A DNA stretch of 32,000 bases, from NCBI RefSeq assembly GCF_003367075.2, contig NZ_CP065936.1, positions 1,980,001 to 2,012,000 of the forward strand. Reading direction: 5' to 3'. How positions within the stretch are numbered: the stretch's first letter is position 1; each line of letters begins with the position of its first letter. Below, one piece after another: positions 16,489 through 23,999 of this stretch. The notes under the pieces were generated by a model. It was not told the origin of the DNA and made no database searches. It worked only from the letters and a program-made list of their open reading frames with translations. The translations under genes and the position numbers were made by a program. The DNA is from Cylindrospermopsis raciborskii Cr2010 (GTDB lineage Bacteria > Cyanobacteriota > Cyanobacteriia > Cyanobacteriales > Nostocaceae).

Positions 16489-16770
16489 TAAAATTCCTGT
16501 CACTTTTTTATCTATACACAACTTAACTATATCATATCCCATCCTGGGTACTTTAACTGGAGTTTAGACTAACAAAATGAGCGATCGCATTTTTTATCAT
16601 AATTCCCATAATAGTGTATATATAAAAATAATCAAATCAAATTCTATTCAATATTCTACCTAATACAAACAATCAGTAAAAAGCTAACTTGAGCGTTAAG
16701 ACTAGTAACTTAATACCCGGAAACCCCTACCACATATAGGAAAATCCTCAATTGGCAAAATTATGAAAAA

Positions 16771-16814
16771 TTTTGTAGAAACCCCTTTACAAAACTAAAC
16801 ATCTGTCTTAATAT
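16771..16814 (+). promoter_or_regulatory. psbA copy 1 promoter: -35 TTTACA (16786-16791), 17-nt spacer, -10 TAATAT (16809-16814), overlapped by an imperfect 9-6-9 palindrome
   Basis: Near-consensus sigma-70 hexamers with 17-nt spacing, about 70 nt upstream of the ATG. Palindrome TTTTGTAgA-N6-TTTACAAAA at 16771-16794. The same arrangement is conserved at all three psbA copies. Confidence 0.6.
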
Positions 16815-16882
16815 AAGTTCATAAAGTAGAAACACCTACCTGAACATACATAAACCTCCGGTTAAACCGCATTTATAAAACC

Positions 16883-17965
16883 ATGACCACTGCCATTCAA
16901 CAGCGCCAAAGCGCTAACGTATGGGATCGCTTCTGTGAATTTATCACCAGCACCAACAACCGCCTTTATATTGGTTGGTTCGGTGTATTAATGATCCCCA
17001 CCCTACTTGCAGCTACCACTTGCTTCATCATTGCTTTTATTGCTGCTCCTCCCGTGGACATCGACGGTATTCGCGAACCCGTAGCTGGTTCCTTGATGTA
17101 CGGTAACAACATCATCTCCGGTGCTGTGGTTCCCTCCTCCAACGCTATTGGTTTGCACTTCTACCCCATTTGGGAAGCTGCATCCTTAGATGAATGGTTA
17201 TACAACGGTGGTCCTTACCAACTAGTAATTTTCCACTTCTTGATTGGTGTAGCTTGCTACCTAGGTCGTGAATGGGAATTATCCTTCCGTTTAGGCATGC
17301 GTCCTTGGATTTGCGTAGCTTTCTCCGCACCCTTGGCAGCTGCTACCGCAGTATTCCTAATCTACCCCATCGGACAAGGTTCATTCTCTGATGGTATGCC
17401 TTTAGGTATCTCTGGAACCTTCAACTTCATGATTGTGTTCCAAGCAGAGCATAACATCCTCATGCACCCCTTCCACATGTTAGGAGTAGCAGGTGTATTC
17501 GGTGGTAGCTTGTTCAGCGCTATGCACGGTTCCTTGGTAACATCTTCCTTAGTAAGAGAAACAACTGAAACCGAGTCTCAGAACTATGGTTACAAGTTCG
17601 GACAAGAGGAAGAAACCTACAACATCGTAGCAGCACACGGTTACTTCGGACGCTTGATATTCCAATATGCTTCATTCAACAACAGCCGTTCACTACACTT
17701 CTTCTTGGCAGCATGGCCAGTAGTAGGAATCTGGTTTACAGCACTGGGTGTAAGCACCATGGCATTCAACCTGAATGGATTCAACTTCAACCAATCCATC
17801 ATTGATTCTCAAGGACGGGTAATCGGTACATGGGCGGATGTAATCAACCGCGCTAACCTAGGTATGGAAGTAATGCACGAGCGTAACGCCCACAACTTCC
17901 CCTTAGACCTAGCTGCTGGTGAAGTAGCACCTGTAGCATTAACCGCTCCCGCAATCAACGGTTAA
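16883..17965 (+). CDS. psbA: photosystem II D1 protein (Q(B) protein), E130 form, copy 1
   Basis: Unmistakable D1 sequence, 360 aa. Residue 130 is Glu (..ACYLGRE130WELSF..). It has a 16-aa C-terminal extension after Ala344 (..[21 protein letters not shown]). Confidence 0.99.
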   Translation: MTTAIQQRQSANVWDRFCEFITSTNNRLYIGWFGVLMIPTLLAATTCFIIAFIAAPPVDIDGIREPVAGSLMYGNNIISGAVVPSSNAIGLHFYPIWEAASLDEWLYNGGPYQLVIFHFLIGVACYLGREWELSFRLGMRPWICVAFSAPLAAATAVFLIYPIGQGSFSDGMPLGISGTFNFMIVFQAEHNILMHPFHMLGVAGVFGGSLFSAMHGSLVTSSLVRETTETESQNYGYKFGQEEETYNIVAAHGYFGRLIFQYASFNNSRSLHFFLAAWPVVGIWFTALGVSTMAFNLNGFNFNQSIIDSQGRVIGTWADVINRANLGMEVMHERNAHNFPLDLAAGEVAPVALTAPAING

Positions 17966-17987
17966 TAACCAATACTATTAAATGAAA

Positions 17988-18017
17988 AGCTCCTCACCTA
18001 GTGGGGGGCTTTTTTTA
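17988..18017 (+). terminator. rho-independent terminator of psbA copy 1
   Basis: Hairpin GCTCCTCAC-cta-GTGGGGGGC followed by TTTTTTT. Confidence 0.8.
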
Positions 18018-18042
18018 TGGCATATTATTTGAGTAATGCCAT

Positions 18043-18082
18043 GAGTTGAGGGTGTTGGGTTTCGTATTAAACTCAACCTACG
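18043..18082. repeat. small hairpin repeat (GTTGGGTTTC..CTCAACCTAC family), present only in this copy of the psbA-ATPase spacer
   Basis: gagttgagggtgttgggtttcgtattaaactcaacctacg. Related copies lie at 19758-19787 and, degenerate, at 16278-16300. It is absent from the equivalent spacer at 25548-25611. Confidence 0.65.
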
Positions 18083-18158
18083 TTAATCTTATATTTAATT
18101 CCACTGACCCACTTAGAATAAAATCGGTAAGGTTATTTTTTAAAAACTCCTTCTCACC

Positions 18159-19706
18159 ATGCCTAAACACTTTAACACTGCTGGTCCTTGCCAATCTGAC
18201 ATCCACTATATGCTCTCCCCCACGGTTCGACTACCGGACTTGAAAGCACTAATTGATGGTCGCAATTACTTTATCATTCATGCACCGCGACAAGTAGGCA
18301 AAACCACCGCTATGATAGCCCTAGCTCAAGAATTGACTGATAGTGGGGAATACACCGCCATCATGCTTTCTTTAGAAGTAGGGGCACCCTTCTCTCAGGA
18401 TCCGGGTATGGCTGAACGTGCAATTTTGGATGAATGGCAAGAATCCGCTTGTGTTTACCTACCAACTAATCTTCACCCACCCCGTTGGCCACCATCTCAA
18501 CCCGGGCGGCAAATTGGAGCCGCATTAGCCAGCTGGGCTAAGGTTGCTACTCGTCCCCTAGTGGTTTTCCTGGATGAAATTGATGCTTTAGCAGATGAAA
18601 CATTGATTTCTGTTCTCAGACAATTACGCTCAGGTTACAATCGTCGTCCCCGGGCGTTTCCCCATTCGGTGGGGTTGATTGGTATGCGGGATGTGCGGGA
18701 CTATAAGGTGAAATCCGGTGGAAGTGAACGACTCAATACCTCTAGTCCTTTTAATATCAAGGCTGAATCCTTGACTTTAAGTAATTTTACCTTACCTGAA
18801 GTAGAAGAACTTTACTTACAACATACACAAGCTACGGGACAGGTTTTTACCATAGAAGCAATTCAACAGGCATTTTATTTAACTGATGGACAACCGTGGT
18901 TAGTAAACGCCCTAGCTCGTCAAGCTACTCAGGTCTTAGTGAAAGATACCACCCAACCCATTACTGCTGAAGTGATTAACCAAGCCAAGGAAATTCTGAT
19001 TCGACGCCAGGATACCCATTTAGATAGCTTGGCAGAAAGATTACGGGAAGATAGGGTCAGGGACATTATTCAACCTATGTTAGCTGGTGAAGACTTAGCT
19101 GATACACCAGAAGATAACTTACGATACGTGTTAGATCTGGGTTTATGCCGTCGCGATCGCGGGGGTGGACTAGAAATTGCTAACCCTATTTATCGAGAGA
19201 TTTTACCTAAAGCTTTAGCCTCCGTGGCGATCGCCTCTTTAACTTCGGTGGAGCTCAACTGGTTAAATCCTGATGGCACACTCAACCCTCAAATCCTATT
19301 AGACTCTTTCTTAGAATTTTGGCGACAACATGGGGAACCACTACTCAGAAGTGCACCTTACCATGAGATTGCTCCCCATTTAGTGTTAATGGCATTTTTA
19401 CATCGGGTAGTAAATGGTGGTGGCACCTTAGAGCGGGAATATGCCATTGGTTCTGGAAGGATGGATATTTGTTTACGCTATGGCCAAGTGGTGATGGGCA
19501 TAGAGTTAAAGGTGCGGAGGGAAAAGTTAGATCCGTTAACCAAGGGTTTAACCCAACTGGATAAATATCTGGATGGTTTAGGATTGGATACAGGTTGGTT
19601 AGTGATTTTCGATCGCCGTCCCGGATTACCACCCATGGGAGAGAGAATTAGTACGGAGGAAGCTATTAGTCCGGGGGGACGCACTATTACCGTCATTCGC
19701 AGTTAG
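18159..19706 (+). CDS. AAA-ATPase-like protein with C-terminal PD-(D/E)xK nuclease-like domain (DUF1703-type 'ATP-binding protein'), paralog 1
   Basis: Walker A HAPRQVGKTT and Walker B VVFLDEIDAL. C-terminal GSGRMDICLRYGQVVMGIELKV fits a D..E.K nuclease motif. The N-terminus MPKHFNTAGPCQSDIHYML is typical of this family. Confidence 0.75.
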   Translation: MPKHFNTAGPCQSDIHYMLSPTVRLPDLKALIDGRNYFIIHAPRQVGKTTAMIALAQELTDSGEYTAIMLSLEVGAPFSQDPGMAERAILDEWQESACVYLPTNLHPPRWPPSQPGRQIGAALASWAKVATRPLVVFLDEIDALADETLISVLRQLRSGYNRRPRAFPHSVGLIGMRDVRDYKVKSGGSERLNTSSPFNIKAESLTLSNFTLPEVEELYLQHTQATGQVFTIEAIQQAFYLTDGQPWLVNALARQATQVLVKDTTQPITAEVINQAKEILIRRQDTHLDSLAERLREDRVRDIIQPMLAGEDLADTPEDNLRYVLDLGLCRRDRGGGLEIANPIYREILPKALASVAIASLTSVELNWLNPDGTLNPQILLDSFLEFWRQHGEPLLRSAPYHEIAPHLVLMAFLHRVVNGGGTLEREYAIGSGRMDICLRYGQVVMGIELKVRREKLDPLTKGLTQLDKYLDGLGLDTGWLVIFDRRPGLPPMGERISTEEAISPGGRTITVIRS

Positions 19707-19735
19707 TCGCGAAGCACTGGGTATGCGAGATCGCC
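19707..19735. repeat. copy-specific small dispersed-repeat insertion just after the ATPase paralog 1 stop
   Basis: tcgcgaagcactgggtatgcgagatcgcc. Its reverse complement resembles the 16454-16488 element (..gatct....tgcttcgc..). The paralogous site (23990-23999) has only ggcgattgcc. Confidence 0.5.
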
Positions 19736-19757
19736 ATTGTTGTTTAAATCATTAATG

Positions 19758-19787
19758 TTGGGTTTCCTAGCGTCAACCCAACCTACA
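19758..19787. repeat. small hairpin repeat with a perfect 8-bp stem: GTTGGGTT-N10-AACCCAAC, followed by CTAC
   Basis: gttgggtttcctagcgtcaacccaacctac. It sits exactly where homology between the two ATPase downstream regions ends. Confidence 0.7.
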
Positions 19788-19884
19788 AACTTAAAAACTC
19801 GTCTATATACATATAAAATACCTCCAGGAGGCGAAAACCCCCACCATTTATGGCAAAATCCCTAATTGGCAAAATTATTAAAAA

Positions 19885-19928
19885 TTTTGTAAAAACCCCT
19901 TTACAAAACTAAATATTTGTCTTAATAT
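19885..19928 (+). promoter_or_regulatory. psbA copy 2 promoter: perfect 9-6-9 palindrome TTTTGTAAA-aacccc-TTTACAAAA, -35 TTTACA (19900-19905), -10 TAATAT (19923-19928)
   Basis: Read directly. The hexamers are 17 nt apart. Confidence 0.6.
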
Positions 19929-19996
19929 AAGTTCATAAGGTAGAAACACCTACCAGAACATACATAAATCTCTCGTAAAACCGCAATTATAAAACC

Positions 19997-21079
19997 ATGA
20001 CCACCGCCATTCAACAGCGCCAAAGCGCTAACGTATGGGATCGCTTTTGTGAATTTATCACCAGCACCAACAACCGCCTTTATATTGGCTGGTTCGGCGT
20101 GTTAATGATCCCCACCCTACTTGCAGCTACCACTTGCTTCATCATTGCTTTCATTGCTGCTCCTCCCGTTGACATCGACGGTATCCGCGAACCCGTAGCT
20201 GGTTCCTTAATGTACGGTAACAACATCATCTCCGGTGCTGTAGTTCCCTCCTCCAACGCTATTGGCTTGCACTTCTACCCAATTTGGGAAGCTGCATCCT
20301 TAGATGAATGGTTATACAACGGTGGTCCTTACCAACTAGTAATTTTCCACTTCTTGATTGGTGTAGCCTGCTACCTGGGTCGTGAATGGGAACTATCCTT
20401 CCGTTTAGGCATGCGCCCTTGGATTTGCGTAGCATTCTCCGCTCCTTTGGCAGCTGCTACCGCAGTATTCTTAATCTACCCCATCGGACAAGGTTCCTTC
20501 TCTGATGGTATGCCTTTAGGTATCTCTGGAACCTTCAACTTCATGATTGTGTTCCAAGCAGAGCATAACATCCTCATGCACCCCTTCCACATGTTAGGAG
20601 TAGCAGGTGTATTCGGTGGTAGCTTGTTCAGCGCTATGCACGGTTCCTTGGTAACATCTTCCCTAGTAAGAGAAACAACCGAAACCGAGTCTCAGAACTA
20701 TGGTTACAAGTTCGGACAAGAGGAAGAAACCTACAATATCGTAGCAGCACACGGTTACTTCGGACGCTTGATATTCCAATATGCTTCATTCAACAACAGC
20801 CGTTCACTACACTTCTTCTTGGCAGCATGGCCAGTAGTAGGAATCTGGTTTACAGCACTGGGTGTAAGCACCATGGCATTCAACCTGAATGGATTCAACT
20901 TCAACCAATCCATCATTGATTCTCAAGGACGCGTAATCGGTACATGGGCTGACGTAATCAACCGCGCTAACCTAGGTATGGAAGTAATGCACGAGCGTAA
21001 CGCCCACAACTTCCCCTTAGACCTAGCTGCTGGTGAAGTAGCACCTGTAGCATTAACCGCTCCCGCAATCAACGGTTAA
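19997..21079 (+). CDS. psbA: photosystem II D1 protein, E130 form, copy 2
   Basis: The protein is identical to copy 1. By my manual alignment the DNA differs from copy 1 at about 27 positions, all synonymous. Confidence 0.99.
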   Translation: MTTAIQQRQSANVWDRFCEFITSTNNRLYIGWFGVLMIPTLLAATTCFIIAFIAAPPVDIDGIREPVAGSLMYGNNIISGAVVPSSNAIGLHFYPIWEAASLDEWLYNGGPYQLVIFHFLIGVACYLGREWELSFRLGMRPWICVAFSAPLAAATAVFLIYPIGQGSFSDGMPLGISGTFNFMIVFQAEHNILMHPFHMLGVAGVFGGSLFSAMHGSLVTSSLVRETTETESQNYGYKFGQEEETYNIVAAHGYFGRLIFQYASFNNSRSLHFFLAAWPVVGIWFTALGVSTMAFNLNGFNFNQSIIDSQGRVIGTWADVINRANLGMEVMHERNAHNFPLDLAAGEVAPVALTAPAING

Positions 21080-21109
21080 TAATTTAATAACCAATACTGG
21101 TAAATGAAA

Positions 21110-21138
21110 AGCTCCTCACCAGGTGAGGGGCTTTTTTT
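21110..21138 (+). terminator. rho-independent terminator of psbA copy 2
   Basis: Hairpin GCTCCTCACC-a-GGTGAGGGGC followed by TTTTTTT. Confidence 0.8.
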
Positions 21139-21294
21139 ATGGGTAAGATCAGGAGAACTTGTCAAGGAAGAAGTTGAGGGTGCGGAATGAGGAATCGGGT
21201 CAGGTTAGGTTAATTTTTGTCAACTTTATTTCTTCAGATAAATATTTTTGATTACAATAATACCGTTCATTGAGGAAAAATACTGAGGGAAATA

Positions 21295-22770
21295 ATGACT
21301 CAAACTACAGAAAAACTCAAAAAGTTTACGATTTTGCATTCCAATGATATGCACGGCGACTTTTTGGCGGAGGCTAAAAGCGGAGAAGGTAATTTGGTTG
21401 GTGGGTTGTCATTACTTTCTGGTTATATTAATAAAGTGCGTCAAACGGAAAAAAATACTCTTTATGTTATTGCTGGTGATATGCTTCAGGGTTCGATGAT
21501 TGATACCGAATTTAAAGGCTTATCAACCATGGAAATTATGAATTACTTAGCGCCTGATGTAGTAACTTTAGGAAACCATGAATTAGACTATGGCTTTCCC
21601 CATTTATTATTCTTAGAAAAAATGGCCAACTTTCCCATTGTTAATGCCAACTTGTATATTAAAAAGTACAGCAAAAGATTGATGAACCCTTATATCATCC
21701 TTAATGTAGATGGATTTGATATTATGTTTATCGGCATTGTTACTGAGGAAGTTCTTAGTTCTTTAAAACTAGATACAAGTATCGGTACATTTGTTGGACT
21801 GGAAGATGCAGCGGCCGAGGTGGGCAAAATCTGCAACACTTACAAAAATGAGGATATTGATTTGACAATTCTCCTCACACACATTGGTTTTGAAGAGGAT
21901 AAAAAGTTAGCTGCTATGTTAGATCCTGAGTGGGGGGTAGATATAATCATTGGTGGACACTCTCATACTGTTTTAGAACAGCCCGCCCAAGTAAACAACA
22001 TCTTAATCTCCCAAGCTGCTGTAGGTACTGATCAGATTGGACGTTTTGACATTACAGTAGATGATGATACTAATAGCATTGTGGAATGGAAGTGGCAGCT
22101 TGTTCCTATCAATAATCAAGTAGCTACCCCTGATGTGGACTTGCAAAACTTTATCGATGCTTATAAGGAGCAAGTAGATCGTAAGTACAATCGTATTGTT
22201 AGTCGTTTGAGTCGGAAATTAATACATCCAGTACGTGAACAAGAAACTGAACTGGGTAATTTAATCGCCGATATCTTTTCCGAAATCGATATGATTGATG
22301 TGGTTTTAGCAGGAAGTAGTGGTATACGAGGCAAAGAACTAGGACCTGTTGTTACACTTGAAGACCTTAAAAAAGTTTATCCTTACGATGGTGCTCTTTA
22401 TAAAATTAGAGTAAATGGGACACAATTGACAAAAGTGTTCGCCCACATTCTGCGACCAGAAAACAGAAGGCCAGATGAAAGTCAATGTTATCAAATCAGC
22501 AAAGGTGTTCAAGTAGTTTATAACGATACTAAAAAGACAATCGAGTCTTTAAATATTAATGGACAATCTGTAGAAGCTAGTCGTCAATACATAATGTGTG
22601 TGGAAAATTATCATTATCAAAATTCACTCAAGAATTTGAACCTTACATCTGAAGAGGTAGCTAACGCTAAAGTTGTTGCTACCTCTGCCCAAAGTATTCT
22701 TGAAGAATATTTAACTACTCATCAACTTATTGACCGTCATGTAGAAGGACGATGGACTTTTATTAACTAG
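21295..22770 (+). CDS. bifunctional metallophosphatase / 5'-nucleotidase family protein
   Basis: Calcineurin-like phosphoesterase motifs ILHSNDMHGDF, GDMLQGS, GNHELDYG and GGHSH, plus a C-terminal 5'-nucleotidase-type domain. No obvious signal peptide. Confidence 0.85.
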   Translation: MTQTTEKLKKFTILHSNDMHGDFLAEAKSGEGNLVGGLSLLSGYINKVRQTEKNTLYVIAGDMLQGSMIDTEFKGLSTMEIMNYLAPDVVTLGNHELDYGFPHLLFLEKMANFPIVNANLYIKKYSKRLMNPYIILNVDGFDIMFIGIVTEEVLSSLKLDTSIGTFVGLEDAAAEVGKICNTYKNEDIDLTILLTHIGFEEDKKLAAMLDPEWGVDIIIGGHSHTVLEQPAQVNNILISQAAVGTDQIGRFDITVDDDTNSIVEWKWQLVPINNQVATPDVDLQNFIDAYKEQVDRKYNRIVSRLSRKLIHPVREQETELGNLIADIFSEIDMIDVVLAGSSGIRGKELGPVVTLEDLKKVYPYDGALYKIRVNGTQLTKVFAHILRPENRRPDESQCYQISKGVQVVYNDTKKTIESLNINGQSVEASRQYIMCVENYHYQNSLKNLNLTSEEVANAKVVATSAQSILEEYLTTHQLIDRHVEGRWTFIN

Positions 22771-22780
22771 AGGTTGCTAG

Positions 22781-23535
22781 CAGTTAACAGTTTTTAAAAA
22801 CCTTAATCAGTTGTTCATACTGCCCCTCATTGGATTGGCGATCGCAAAGCTTGTACCCATGCAACCTGCGATCGCTACAGGTTTGATGATTTTGGCCTTA
22901 TGTCCGGGGGGAGTTTCCTCAAATTTGGTGACATTTTTGGCAATGGGTGATGTAGCTTTAAGCGTCACACTGACAGCTTTAAGTAGTTTAATTACTGTAT
23001 TTACCATTCCCATTTTTGCAAATTTGGCCAGTCAACATTTTTTTGGGCAAGGTGCAGTGGTGGAGTTGCCAATTTGGACGACTATTGGGCAAATTTTGCA
23101 ATTACCTTCTTACCGATCATCATTGGTATGAGTATTCGGCAATTTGTGCCAAAACTATCTACAAAAATAGAAAAGATAACTAGTATCTCCGCTACCGTAT
23201 TATTAGCAGTAATTATTTTGTTGCTGATTATTAAAGAGTGGAGTCGCCTACCGAATTTTATTTTTCAAGTTGGGATCGGTGTTTTGCTGTTAAATACTCT
23301 TTCAATGGCGGCGGGATTCTATTTGAGCAAACTTTTTAATCTTAATTACAAGCAACAAATTTGTATCAGCATTGAGGTGGGTATGCAAAACGGAACTCTG
23401 GCGATCGCCATTACTGCAGGGTTATTGAATAATCCAGATATGGCGATTCCTGGAGCAATTTATAGCTTGTTGATGTATTTGACGGGATGTATAGCGATCG
23501 TCTATGGGCGTAATTTTTCTACATCCAGAGTATAA
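22781..23535 (+). pseudogene. bile acid:Na+ symporter (BASS/SBF) family gene, 5'-truncated and frameshifted
   Basis: Two overlapping ORFs in different frames (22811..23131 and 23074..23535, both with TTG 'starts') together give BASS-like TM segments: GLMILALCPGGVSSNLVTFLAMGDVALSVTLTA and IEVGMQNGTLAIAI. The frame switch lies near 23090-23103 (caaattttgcaatt). Roughly 70 N-terminal residues are missing, because the reading frame opens only 8 nt after the nucleotidase stop. Confidence 0.75.
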
Positions 23536-23555
23536 GAAGGAAGGTGGCTAGTATT

Positions 23556-23618
23556 TTATAGAAAAGCCCCCCACCAGGTGAGGAGCTTTTCATTTACCAG
23601 TATTTATTATTAACCGTT
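23556..23618 (-). terminator. relic of a psbA 3' end: stop codon, last two codons, 3' UTR and terminator hairpin
   Basis: tatagaaaagccccccaccaggtgaggagcttttcatttaccagtatttattattaaccgtt aligns with the region downstream of psbA copy 3 (25611-25672) as far as ttaaccgtt (stop-Gly-Asn), then diverges. The palindromic hairpin with T-runs on both sides could also terminate the plus-strand BASS remnant. Confidence 0.7.
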
Positions 23619-23671
23619 CCTAACTATTTCCTATTTCCAAGAATAGATCCCACCCCGACGCAAAAAGGCAC

Positions 23672-23977
23672 TTATATTACAAAAGTTGACATATTTTCTT
23701 GATAGTTTAATCGTGTAACTACTGTATTAAGTTTAACGCGAATACCATATAGATGTAACTTATCAAACAAGATAATCGACCGTAGAACATGATCACCAGT
23801 TCCTCGTCCTAAATGTTTTTGAATCACTTCTGAAGCGGAATCTACTGAGAGTGCAACCCAATCAATTTTATCGGGGTGTTTTTCTAGTAATTGAGTCATT
23901 CGCGCACCATTACTCACAAGACTGGTTATAAATCCCAAACGATGTGATTCAGCTACAAGTTCATCAATATTAATCAT
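23672..23977 (-). pseudogene. viperin-like radical-SAM gene fragment (central portion only)
   Basis: Fragment motifs align with the human viperin segments [31 protein letters not shown] and RVAFKINSVINRFNVEEDM: SLVSNGA, IDWVALSVDSASEVIQKHLGRGTG and IRVKLNTVVTRLNYQENM. The CxxxCxxC cluster region and the C-terminal domain are absent. Confidence 0.6.
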
Positions 23978-23999
23978 TTAAACAACAATGGCAATCGCC

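Noticed and set aside
16771-16794. NtcA or RpaB (HLR1) site at the psbA promoters
   Set aside because: The dyad is TGTA-N10-TACA rather than the NtcA GTA-N8-TAC spacing. HLR1 is a direct repeat, whereas these arms are inverted. I kept it only as an unassigned candidate operator.
15933-16882. A tRNA or other structured RNA gene in the long intergenic gap as an island integration site
   Set aside because: I found no T-arm-like GGTTCGAATCC-type box, no cloverleaf-compatible segment and no adjacent integrase.
21295-22770. The 5'-nucleotidase as a partner of the viperin remnant (a nucleotide-based defence module)
   Set aside because: The two are on opposite strands and separated by a transporter pseudogene and a recombination scar. 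Known pVip neighbours are kinases rather than nucleotidases. Nothing in the sequence links them.
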